NCBI GenBank assembly: GCA_018895765.1
Contig: JAHINX010000061.1
Coordinates: 1 to 41,944 of the forward strand
Source of the DNA: Patescibacteria group bacterium
Lineage (GTDB): Bacteria; Patescibacteriota; Patescibacteriia; GCA-002772895
Reading direction: 5' to 3'
DNA: 41,944 bases
The notes beneath the pieces were generated by a model that searched no databases, was not told the DNA's origin, and was given only the letters and a program-made list of their open reading frames with translations. Of the stretch, positions 26,152 through 33,900 are shown in pieces (the first letter of the stretch is position 1; the number at the start of each line of letters is the position of its first letter). A program made the translations under genes and the position numbers.

Positions 26152-26227
26152 GGTGCGGGGTTAATAACTGCTGGTCAAATTTTGTTCGTCCTTTGGACTT
26201 CAAAATTTGAAGCCAGTTATTAAAAAA
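26152..26227 (-). repeat. family E long-hairpin element (inverted relative to 23841-23929)
   Basis: Its reverse complement is tttttaataactggcttcaaattttgaagtcc...caaaatttgaccagcagttattaaccccgcacc. A shortened third copy lies at 26015-26058. Confidence 0.7.
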
Positions 26228-26252
26228 AGCCCCGCTCAAATGAGTCGGGGCT
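26222..26252 (-). terminator. rho-independent terminator of the minus-strand GC-rich unit
   Basis: The minus strand reads agccccg-actcatttgag-cggggct followed by T7. Confidence 0.75.
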
Positions 26253-26301
26253 AGGTTGGTGGGAATAGGCAAGTGCCTATGCAGTGGGGTAGGCGCGGGG
26301 C

Positions 26302-26508
26302 CTAAGAGATGGGCAGAACCGCGGGGATGCAGGTGAATTGCTCGGCGAGGCCGGGCGAATCGTTTTTCCAGAACCGGTCGTGTAGGTTCTTGGCCTCAAT
26401 CCGCGCTTCCATAAGCGTGAAAGCGGTGATTCCGAGAACCTTGTTTGGCTCTCCGGGCCAACCACAGGCGCATCTTGCCGCCCAGACGATTTTTCGCTGA
26501 CAAGGCAT
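26302..26508 (-). CDS. hypothetical protein, GC-rich
   Basis: 68 aa. SD AAGGAG 7 nt upstream of the ATG. Last gene before terminator 26222-26252. Confidence 0.55.
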   Translation of the reverse strand: MPCQRKIVWAARCACGWPGEPNKVLGITAFTLMEARIEAKNLHDRFWKNDSPGLAEQFTCIPAVLPIS

Positions 26509-26528
26509 ACTTTTCTCCTTTATGGGTT

Positions 26529-26771
26529 TTATACAGCCATGATCCTTGCAAGCTCGCGTGCCTCGCGTTGCGCCTCGTGGAATTTACTCCTCATTTCTCC
26601 ATAGGTGAAGAAGCGTTCTGCCAGCGCGTCCGGTCCGTCATCCATTTGGCGGATGCTCATCGGCGCTTTTTCGCAAAGCCGGCGAAGGTCGTTCAGGCCG
26701 GAATCGGTGAGCTGAGCTTGGATCTCGTCTTCGATCATACTGTTGATCATTTTGATAGCCTTCAGGGTCAT
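26529..26771 (-). CDS. hypothetical protein, GC-rich
   Basis: 80 aa counted from ATG 26771 (MTLKAIKMINS...), preceded by AAAAGGAAAAG. Confidence 0.5.
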   Translation of the reverse strand: MTLKAIKMINSMIEDEIQAQLTDSGLNDLRRLCEKAPMSIRQMDDGPDALAERFFTYGEMRSKFHEAQREARELARIMAV

Positions 26772-26856
26772 CTTCTTTTCCTTTTCGGATTTTTGCGGCA
26801 AGTTAGGTATGCCGCAGAAATCCGCGGCAGGAGATTAGTCGCCGGTGTTTCTGACC

Positions 26857-27021
26857 TTACTTAAACTGGACAGTCAACGCCGGTTTGAGACAGAGAGTCG
26901 GATTTGGTCGCAGAACTGAGGCCGTTTTGTGCGCCTGCACTGCTTTGAGGCGCGCTTTCAGAACCGAGCTGGCCAAAAAAAAGTCTTTGAATGAGCAGTT
27001 TGCGCATTTGCACTCGAACAT
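26857..27021 (-). CDS. hypothetical small protein (54 aa)
   Basis: ORF absent from the track: MFECKCANCSFKDFFLASSVLKARLKAVQAHKTASVLRPNPTLCLKPALTVQFK. AAAGGAA lies upstream. It begins 27 nt after the tRNA-like sequence. Confidence 0.35.
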   Translation of the reverse strand: MFECKCANCSFKDFFLASSVLKARLKAVQAHKTASVLRPNPTLCLKPALTVQFK

Positions 27022-27048
27022 TTTTTTTCCTTTCTTTTCTGTGTTTTG

Positions 27049-27126
27049 TGGTACCCCCGACCGGATTCGAACTGGCGAATACTGGCGTTAAAGGCTAGTC
27101 TCTTAAGCAAACTAGAGTACGGGGTA
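27049..27126 (-). pseudogene. tRNA-like sequence with UUA at the anticodon position and an encoded CCA; degenerate
   Basis: TACCCCG-TA-CTCT-AGTTTGCTTA-AGAG-A-CTAGC-CTTTAAC-GCCAG-TATTC-GCCAG-TTCGAAT-CCGGT-CGGGGGT-A-CCA. There is an A-C mismatch in both the anticodon and T stems, the 5' acceptor strand is one C short, and the D-loop has no GG. Confidence 0.45.
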
Positions 27127-27129
27127 TTG

Positions 27130-27202
<73 letters not shown>

Positions 27203-27235
27203 GGTTAGCGCCTGCTAAATAGCCGACGCTAAGCA

Positions 27236-27523
27236 CTACTTATTGTCATTGAACTGATCGGTGAAGAACTCCAGAGAGAGCACTTCCATAGTCGGTCGCA
27301 AGAGCGGGTTTTCGTTATTGGCGATTGCCTCGCGACACTTAGTATCTGATTCGTTGATAGGTGGCAAGAAGATCGTAATAGGGATATCGTCATCATCCTC
27401 TATGGTTGTTTCCTCATCTACGGGGATAATGACTCTTCCGTACTCCGTCTTTTCGCGGTGGTGCTGGGAGATAATATCAAAGAACGTCTCTGCTAGTCCG
27501 CCAGTTTCCTTTAAAATGTCCAT
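27236..27523 (-). CDS. acidic hypothetical protein
   Basis: 95 aa counted from ATG 27523 (GTG 27529 is also possible). SD AAGGAG. Its stop lies 33 nt upstream of tRNA-Lys. Confidence 0.55.
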   Translation of the reverse strand: MDILKETGGLAETFFDIISQHHREKTEYGRVIIPVDEETTIEDDDDIPITIFLPPINESDTKCREAIANNENPLLRPTMEVLSLEFFTDQFNDNK

Positions 27524-27557
27524 TTTCACTTTTCTCCTTTTTGTGAAATATGGCTAC

Positions 27558-27586
27558 AATATAGCACATTTTAATCTTTTTGTCAA
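27558..27586 (-). promoter_or_regulatory. promoter TTGACA-17-TATATT with TGn extension
   Basis: -35 at 27586-27581, -10 at 27563-27558, with TGC immediately upstream of the -10. Confidence 0.6.
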
Positions 27587-27685
27587 GGGGGGTCTATAAA
27601 AATACTGTAATTTTAGCTAAATATGATAGTAGTATCTTGCTTAAAGTACCGAAATAAGCTAAAATTAACCAACCTATACATTATT

Positions 27686-30340
27686 ATGCAGGATAAGATA
27701 ATTATAAAAGGCGCGCGTGAGCACAATCTGAAAAATATTAGTTTGGAGCTTCCGCGCAATAAGCTGATCGTTTTTACGGGATTATCCGGTTCGGGAAAAT
27801 CGAGCCTGGCTTTTGATACTATTTTTGCCGAAGGCCAGCGCAGGTATATTGAGTCGCTATCGGCATATGCCCGGCAGTTTTTGGGAAAGATGGATAAGCC
27901 GGATGTTGATGAAATAGAAGGTCTTGCGCCGGCAATTTCCATTGATCAAAAAGCCCATAGCGCAAACCCGCGTTCAACCGTGGCGACCATTACCGAAATT
28001 TATGATTATTTGCGCGTCCTCTTTGCTCGCGTGGGAGAACCGTTTTGTCCAGTTTGCAAAAAGAAAATTCAAAAAATGACTGTCCAGGAAATGGTGGATG
28101 TAACGCTAGAAAAATTGGAAAAAGAAAAAATAAAAAGCGAAGATAAACTAATTATTTTATCTCCAATTATTCGTGGCCGAAAAGGCGAATATTATCAGCT
28201 TCTTTATGATTTATATAATAAAGGTTTTAGTGAAGTCGCGGTTGACGGAAAAATGCATAAGCTTAGTGGAACGATAAAATTATCCCGTTATAAACGGCAC
28301 GATATTGATTTGGTTATCAGAAAATTAACCATCGCATATCCGATCCATGATAATAAAGTTTTGCAAAAAGAATTATCCGAAGCAATAGAAACTTCTTTAG
28401 AAGAGTCGGACGGTTTGGTAAAAATTATTATGCCGGGGACGTCTGTCATTGCGAGGAGTCCGTACTCGGAGGACGTGGCAATCTCACTGCAAAAAGATAG
28501 GATTGCTTCGTCGCAGAATTCTCCATTTTCCGTCAAGGCTACGAACGGCACGCAGAATGACGTTTTATTACTTTCGTCAAAATATTCTTGCCCGAATGAT
28601 AATTTTGCTTTTCCGGAAATAGAACCGCGTCTTTTTTCATTTAATAGTCCATACGGCGCTTGTGAATATTGTCATGGAATTGGAACGAAATTTATTTTTT
28701 CTGACGAAATATGCCCAAAGTGTCTTGGTAAGCGCCTAAAAATAGAAGCGCTTCATGTTTTAATCGGCGGAAAAAATATTAATGATGTTGTTAATATGTC
28801 GATAAGCGAAGCAGTAGAGTTTTTTAGTGGATTAAAATTATCCGCAAAACAAAAAGAAATTGCCGAAGCCGCGCTCCGCGAAATAAAAAACCGCCTTACT
28901 TTTATGCTTGATGTTGGGCTTAATTATCTAACATTGAATAGAAAGGCTGGCACCTTGTCTGGCGGAGAAGCACAAAGAATCCGGCTTGCTTCGCAAGTTG
29001 GCTCACGTCTTGTCGGCGCGCTCTATGTTCTTGATGAGCCGACAATCGGGCTTCACCAGCGTGACAACGAGCGTTTGCTTGAAACGTTATCTGAGCTCCG
29101 CGATATCGGCAATACGGTGATTGTAGTTGAGCATGATGAAGATACAATCTTAATGAGTGATTATATGGTTGATATAGGTCCTGGCGCCGGTAAAAACGGT
29201 GGAGAAATAGTTGCATCAGGCACGTTGCAGGAGGTTTTGAAAAATAAAAATTCTTTGACCGCAAAATATCTCCGCGGAGAATTAAAAGTGCCAATGCCCG
29301 AGACGCGCAGAAAAAATATTAAAGAAAAAATTGTAATTTCCGGCGCGACCGAGCATAATCTGAAAAATATAAAAATTGAAATTCCCTTGAAAAAATTTGT
29401 TTGTCTTACCGGCGTTTCCGGTTCCGGTAAATCAACGGTGATGAATGACATTTTATACCGCGCGGCTTCCAAAAAAATAAACCATTCAGGGGTTAGGCCG
29501 GGCGCATATAAAAAAATAGAAGGCCTCTCGCATATTGATCGCGTGATTGTTGTTGACCAGTCGGCAATTGGTAGAACTCCGCGTTCCAATCCGGCAACTT
29601 ATACCGGATGTTGGACACATGTCCGCGAACTTTTTTCCACTACGCCCGAAGCGCGGGCGCGTGGGTATAAAATCGGACGTTTCAGTTTTAACCGCCCGGG
29701 TGGAAGATGCGAACACTGCGAAGGTAATGGCACGATTGCTATTGAAATGCATTTTTTGCCGACAGTTTATGTAAAATGCGATGTTTGTAAGGGCAAGCGG
29801 TTTGACCGCGAAACATTGGAGATAAAATATAAAGGGAAGAATATTGCTGATATTTTGGATATGGAAATAGATGAAGCCGATGGATTTTTCAAGAATATTC
29901 CGCAGATATCCGACAAGCTGAAAGTTTTGCGCCAAGTCGGTTTGGGCTATTTGGAACTCGGCCAGGGCGCGCCGACCTTGTCTGGCGGAGAAGCGCAAAG
30001 AGTGAAATTGGCAAAAGAGCTTTCAAAATATTATTCTCTTCGTTTCCGTCAAGGCCTGTCGCGTTCGCTTTATCTTTTGGATGAGCCGACAGTCGGCCTC
30101 CATTATGACGATATAAAAAAGCTTGTCGCGGTTTTGCAAGAGCTTGTTTCCGCGGGAAATACAGTTCTAATTATTGAACATAATCTTGATATAATAAAAA
30201 ATGCGGATTATATTATTGACCTTGGTCCGGAGGGCGGGGATAAAGGTGGAGAGGTTATTGCAACTGGTACACCGGAAGAGGTGGCGCGGATGCCCAGATC
30301 ATATACGGGGCAATACTTGCGAAAAGTTTTGGGGGTTTAG
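27686..30340 (+). CDS. uvrA: excinuclease ABC subunit A
   Basis: The start is set at [18 protein letters not shown]. Two ABC modules ([26 protein letters not shown] x2) and zinc-finger Cys clusters. Confidence 0.95.
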   Translation: MQDKIIIKGAREHNLKNISLELPRNKLIVFTGLSGSGKSSLAFDTIFAEGQRRYIESLSAYARQFLGKMDKPDVDEIEGLAPAISIDQKAHSANPRSTVATITEIYDYLRVLFARVGEPFCPVCKKKIQKMTVQEMVDVTLEKLEKEKIKSEDKLIILSPIIRGRKGEYYQLLYDLYNKGFSEVAVDGKMHKLSGTIKLSRYKRHDIDLVIRKLTIAYPIHDNKVLQKELSEAIETSLEESDGLVKIIMPGTSVIARSPYSEDVAISLQKDRIASSQNSPFSVKATNGTQNDVLLLSSKYSCPNDNFAFPEIEPRLFSFNSPYGACEYCHGIGTKFIFSDEICPKCLGKRLKIEALHVLIGGKNINDVVNMSISEAVEFFSGLKLSAKQKEIAEAALREIKNRLTFMLDVGLNYLTLNRKAGTLSGGEAQRIRLASQVGSRLVGALYVLDEPTIGLHQRDNERLLETLSELRDIGNTVIVVEHDEDTILMSDYMVDIGPGAGKNGGEIVASGTLQEVLKNKNSLTAKYLRGELKVPMPETRRKNIKEKIVISGATEHNLKNIKIEIPLKKFVCLTGVSGSGKSTVMNDILYRAASKKINHSGVRPGAYKKIEGLSHIDRVIVVDQSAIGRTPRSNPATYTGCWTHVRELFSTTPEARARGYKIGRFSFNRPGGRCEHCEGNGTIAIEMHFLPTVYVKCDVCKGKRFDRETLEIKYKGKNIADILDMEIDEADGFFKNIPQISDKLKVLRQVGLGYLELGQGAPTLSGGEAQRVKLAKELSKYYSLRFRQGLSRSLYLLDEPTVGLHYDDIKKLVAVLQELVSAGNTVLIIEHNLDIIKNADYIIDLGPEGGDKGGEVIATGTPEEVARMPRSYTGQYLRKVLGV
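28445..28561 (+). mobile_element. family C MITE-like element, 117 bp, in frame inside uvrA
   Basis: gtcattgcgaggagtccgtactcggaggacgtggcaatctc...cgcagaatgac, with terminal inverted repeats. The first roughly 40 nt match 32027-32066. Translated as [39 protein letters not shown]. Confidence 0.75.
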
Positions 30341-30384
30341 TTTACCCCGCGCCAAACTCAATAAAAAAAAGCCCAAGTTGGGCT

Positions 30385-30642
30385 TTAGTTACGGTTTTGT
30401 TTCCATTGGCGGAGTTTATCGATAATTGCTTCAAGACGCATTTTGAAATTGAAATCATCTTCGCCGGGCATGCGTGTTTTGACTAGTGTGATTCCGTTTT
30501 TATACCTTTCAATAAAATCTATATCAAATTGAGTATAAGGGATGACACTTACAAATACCGGAGCTCCTACTTTTTCGTCATAAGGCATTTCAATGATATA
30601 GCCCCTATTAGGCAACGACGATACTTGAATGAGCTGGTTCAT
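30385..30642 (-). CDS. hypothetical protein (orphan cassette)
   Basis: 85 aa counted from ATG 30642 (SD AAGGAGG). Promoter TTGACA(30690-30685)-17-TAATAT(30667-30662). Terminator hairpin aagcccaa/ttgggctt overlaps the stop codon. Confidence 0.6.
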   Translation of the reverse strand: MNQLIQVSSLPNRGYIIEMPYDEKVGAPVFVSVIPYTQFDIDFIERYKNGITLVKTRMPGEDDFNFKMRLEAIIDKLRQWKQNRN

Positions 30643-30773
30643 GACTACCTCCTTATCCATAATATTAAGCGTAAATATATTTTATGTCAACCAAATTAGA
30701 AAAATATTCATAAAAATCCCCAATACTTTTCGCGAACGCGAAAAGTATTGGGGATTTAAATAAAATCAGGATT

Positions 30774-32015
30774 ATGTTTAGTAAAAAAATGGCAAAAGCA
30801 TTAAATAACCTACCTGACAAGCCCGGCGTATATCTTTTTAAAGATAATCGTGGGGAAATTATTTATGTTGGCAAAGCCGGCTCATTAAAGCGGAGAGTAA
30901 AATCATATTTTGCGCGGGCAGGGGACAGAAAAACAGAAGCGCTTGTTTCGGAAGCTATTGATTTGGAAATCCGCGAAACGCCATCTGTTCTTGAAGCTCT
31001 GATTTTGGAAGCGGAACTTATAAAAAGATTAAAACCAAAATACAACATCCGCGATAAAGACGATAAGTCATTTATTTATGTCGGCATCACGCGGGAAGAT
31101 TTTCCAAAACCGATATTGGTGCGCGGGCATGAGTTGCAAGCTATGAATTCTAAGTTTCAAGTTTCTTTTGGGCCGTTTACCAGCGCCGGCGCGCTCCGTG
31201 AAGCGTTAAAAATTTTGCGCGGAATTTTTCCTTGGTCAGAGTGTAAACCAAACCAAAACAAACCATGTTTTTATTATGGCATTAAAAAATGTCCCGGTGT
31301 ATGCGTTGGCAAAATCAGTAAAAAAGATTATCAGAAAAACATTTCAGGTTTAAAATTATTTTTTCGCGGGAAGAAGACGCAAATTATAAAAAATCTGGAA
31401 CGCGAAATGAAAGAGGCTTCAAAAGATCGCGAGTTTGAGCGCGCGGCTGAATTTCGCAATAGGATTTATGCCCTAAACCATATTCATGATATTTCTTTGA
31501 TAAAAAAAGACGATTTTATGAACTGTAGGGCTCCCGAAGCCCTACAGCATAAAGCAATGGGCAGAATTGAGGGGTATGATATATCCAATATCAGCCAAAA
31601 GCTGGCAACCGGTTCTATGGTCGTTTTTAGAGATGGCGCGCCGGAAAAAAAAGAATATAAAAAATTTCGCATAAAAAATACCAAGTCCGGCGACGTGCCA
31701 ATGCTTCGCGAGGTTTTGACGCGCAGATTTAAAAATAATTGGCCAAGTCCTGATATAATTTTGATTGATGGAGGAGAAGCGCAGGTTGGCGTTGCGGAAA
31801 AAGTTTTGAAGGCAAACAAATTGAATATTCCGGTTATTGGCATTGCCAAGGGGATCTCCAGAAAAAACGACCGTTTTGTTTTTGATTATAATGACCAGGA
31901 ATTGAAAAGAATAACTAAAATTTTTGAAAATTTATTTAAACAGGTTCGCGATGAAGCGCATCGTTTTGCGATTGGCTACCATAGAAGTTTGCGGAAAATA
32001 AAACGGCCGTTATAA
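30774..32015 (+). CDS. uvrC: excinuclease ABC subunit C, short form without the C-terminal (HhH)2 domain
   Basis: GIY-YIG (PGVYLFKDNRGEIIYVGKAGSLKRRV), a UVR domain (FERAAEFRNRI) and an endonuclease domain (IEGYDISN...DGGEAQ...RDEAHRFAI). It ends after 413 aa. Confidence 0.85.
   Translation: MFSKKMAKALNNLPDKPGVYLFKDNRGEIIYVGKAGSLKRRVKSYFARAGDRKTEALVSEAIDLEIRETPSVLEALILEAELIKRLKPKYNIRDKDDKSFIYVGITREDFPKPILVRGHELQAMNSKFQVSFGPFTSAGALREALKILRGIFPWSECKPNQNKPCFYYGIKKCPGVCVGKISKKDYQKNISGLKLFFRGKKTQIIKNLEREMKEASKDREFERAAEFRNRIYALNHIHDISLIKKDDFMNCRAPEALQHKAMGRIEGYDISNISQKLATGSMVVFRDGAPEKKEYKKFRIKNTKSGDVPMLREVLTRRFKNNWPSPDIILIDGGEAQVGVAEKVLKANKLNIPVIGIAKGISRKNDRFVFDYNDQELKRITKIFENLFKQVRDEAHRFAIGYHRSLRKIKRPL
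31521..31547 (+). repeat. family B 27-nt hairpin element in uvrC
   Basis: aactgtagggctcccgaagccctacag. Stem gtagggct/agccctac, loop cccga. Translated as NCRAPEALQ. Confidence 0.85.
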
Positions 32016-32026
32016 AACCTCTTTCC

Positions 32027-32131
32027 GTCATTGCGAGAAGTGCGTACTCGCGCGACGTGGCAATCCCGTCTAAAATGAGATTGCCACGCCCCGCTCCAGT
32101 TTTGAAGAACTGGATCTGGACTCGCAATGAC
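32027..32131 (+). mobile_element. family C MITE-like element, intergenic copy directly after the uvrC stop
   Basis: gtcattgcgagaagtgcgtactcgcgcgacgtggcaatccc...ctcgcaatgac. Flanked by the imperfect direct repeats aacggccgttataaaac (32002-32018) and aacggcctcataaaac (32149-32164). Confidence 0.75.
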
Positions 32132-32213
32132 ATGCAGGGGAGTTTTAGAACGGCCTCATAAAACGGGTTGACAAAAAGTAATAAATTTGCTTAAATATAA
32201 GGAAGGAGGCGCG

Positions 32214-32387
32214 ATGGATAAGCGGGTTTTATTGGTTTTTCTGGTAATGGGTATTGATGATACAATGAATCTTGACCGCATTCTGCGGAAAAGTACCTTT
32301 AGTCCGCCCGCAAAAAGAAAAGTTCAGCGGATTTTGAAAAACCGAGCTTTTGCTCATCGTTTATTGGTCATTCACAAAAAAGGATAA
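32214..32387 (+). CDS. small hypothetical protein
   Basis: 57 aa counted from ATG 32214. Promoter TTGACA(32168-32173)-17-TTAAAT. SD AAGGAAGGAGG. Confidence 0.45.
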   Translation: MDKRVLLVFLVMGIDDTMNLDRILRKSTFSPPAKRKVQRILKNRAFAHRLLVIHKKG

Positions 32388-32399
32388 GAGGAGGAGAAA

Positions 32400-32732
32400 A
32401 TGAAAAAAGTAACGGTTCTGATCGTTTTATTGTTTTTTTCCGGATGCGCTGGCGCAAGATATGAAAAATGCAATTGTGACACGTCTTTAAGAACGCTAAA
32501 ACAGGAAGTCAACAAAGACTTAACAGAGCAAAAATTGGCAAGCGCCCGGAATGAATCAATTTCCAGAGAATACCGTTTGCTTTTCTATAAGCTAGTGACT
32601 CATGTGAAGGAAATGCAAAAGGATTATAATGGTCTACAGGCAAGATATATGATGTTGGAGCTCCACGGCGCCCAACTGGAAAAAAATATCAGAGATTTGA
32701 AAAAGCCACGCCACACAAGAAAGAAGAGGTAG
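32400..32732 (+). CDS. coiled-coil lipoprotein with basic C-terminal tail
   Basis: Lipobox LFFSGC, heptad-like helical body, C-terminus KKPRHTRKKR. SD GAGGAGG. Confidence 0.6.
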   Translation: MKKVTVLIVLLFFSGCAGARYEKCNCDTSLRTLKQEVNKDLTEQKLASARNESISREYRLLFYKLVTHVKEMQKDYNGLQARYMMLELHGAQLEKNIRDLKKPRHTRKKR

Positions 32733-32735
32733 AAA

Positions 32736-33104
32736 ATGAAAAATCTCATATTGTTTTTATCGATTTTTCTTTTTGCTTGCACCAAAGGAACGCCAGTACC
32801 AGCAACCCCTTTAAAAACTCATAACGAGCTTAGGCTTGAAAAAGAATTTACCGCGTTAAAGAAAGATTTTCAAACATTAAAAAATGAAACGAATGACGAT
32901 CTTGCTAAGCTTCAACTTCAAATTATTCAAGATAGAAAAAGAACCGATGATTTGATCCTTGGAGCGGTAAAAGGCATTGGCGCCGGAGTAAGGAATGCTT
33001 TTGGAAGTTTTGCCAAGAGTATCACTTTAACATTCACATCATTTGACACGCGCATCAAGGAATTGGAAAAAGTTCATCATAAAAAGATAAAAAAGAAAAA
33101 GTAG
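32736..33104 (+). CDS. coiled-coil lipoprotein with basic C-terminal tail
   Basis: Lipobox LFAC, coiled-coil body, C-terminus HHKKIKKKK. Terminator aacgggc/gcccgtt followed by a T-run at 33109-33133. Confidence 0.6.
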   Translation: MKNLILFLSIFLFACTKGTPVPATPLKTHNELRLEKEFTALKKDFQTLKNETNDDLAKLQLQIIQDRKRTDDLILGAVKGIGAGVRNAFGSFAKSITLTFTSFDTRIKELEKVHHKKIKKKK

Positions 33105-33149
33105 TTTTAACGGGCCCTTCCGCCCGTTTTTTTAAATTCCACAATATGT

Positions 33150-33273
33150 TTGAATTGTGGTGAATATTGGTGTATAATAAAGTTACAGTGGTGAAAAGTG
33201 GGGGATATTCTGTGGATAACAACCCCTTTTTACTCTATTTTAGTTAAAATGCTGTTACTTCTACTTATCCACA
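33150..33273 (+). promoter_or_regulatory. mraZ/dcw promoter region with GTGG-type (MraZ-box-like) repeats and two perfect DnaA-box 9-mers
   Basis: TTGAAT(33150-33155)-17-TATAAT(33173-33178). GTGGTG at 33188-33193 and GTGGGG at 33198-33203, spaced 10 bp apart. tgtggataa at 33211-33219 and ttatccaca at 33265-33273, in inverted orientation. Confidence 0.5.
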
Positions 33274-33375
33274 GTATCAATTGCAAATATCAAATTGCAA
33301 ATTTATTGATTATATTGTTTTAGGGTAATCGTAATAATTTAATAAAATTTGGAATCTGAAATTAGAAATTAGAAT

Positions 33376-33807
33376 ATGTTCATCGGCGAATACCACCACA
33401 ATATGGACGATAAGGGACGGCTGGCAATACCAGCCAAGTTTCGGGCTGAGTTGGAACGGGGCGTTGTAATAACTCGTGAGCTTGATAGTTGTTTATCTAT
33501 TTATCCGGCAGAGGAGTGGGATAAGCGCGCGGAAAAGCTTGCTAAAATACCAACAGTCCAGACTGATCCGCGCTCTTTTGTACGTTCACAACTTTCAGGC
33601 GCAATGGATATGAAATTGGATGGTCAGGGAAGGATCGTTTTGCCGGATTACCTTCGCAAATACGCGGGACTTGCAAAAGAAGCGGTAATTGTCGGGCTTT
33701 ATAATCGTTTAGAAATTTGGGATAAAGGCGCTTGGGAAAAATACCGCGATTCTATGGAAGAAAAAGCAAATGAAGTGGCGGAAAAGCTTGGAGATTTTGG
33801 AATATAA
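33376..33807 (+). CDS. mraZ: transcriptional regulator MraZ
   Basis: MFIGEYHHNMDDKGRLAIPAKFR... with the duplicated DxxGR motif (DDKGRLAIP and DGQGRIVLP). First gene of the dcw-type cluster. Confidence 0.9.
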   Translation: MFIGEYHHNMDDKGRLAIPAKFRAELERGVVITRELDSCLSIYPAEEWDKRAEKLAKIPTVQTDPRSFVRSQLSGAMDMKLDGQGRIVLPDYLRKYAGLAKEAVIVGLYNRLEIWDKGAWEKYRDSMEEKANEVAEKLGDFGI

Positions 33808-33812
33808 AATAA

Positions 33813-33896
33813 CCCCTAACCCCTAACCTTTAACCTTTAACCTTTAACAATTAACCGTCAAATGTCAGATGTCAAATGTTAGATGTTAAATGTTCT
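33813..33896. repeat. 12 consecutive heptamers (cccctaa x2, cctttaa x3, caattaa, ccgtcaa, atgtcag, atgtcaa, atgttag, atgttaa, atgttct)
   Basis: Direct reading. It fills nearly the whole mraZ-rsmH spacer, with TAA or TAG in most units. Confidence 0.9.
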
Positions 33897-33900
33897 TACT

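Noticed and set aside
33131-33375. Calling the mraZ upstream region the chromosomal origin (oriC)
   Set aside because: There are only two or three DnaA boxes, no adjacent dnaA or dnaN gene and no evident AT-rich 13-mer-type unwinding repeats. GC skew cannot be evaluated from one window. It is kept as a low-confidence regulatory observation instead.
33813-33896. Possibility that the short tandem repeat blocks are CRISPR arrays
   Set aside because: The units are 7-8 nt with no spacers. There are no 25-40-nt repeats alternating with unique spacers and no cas genes in the window.
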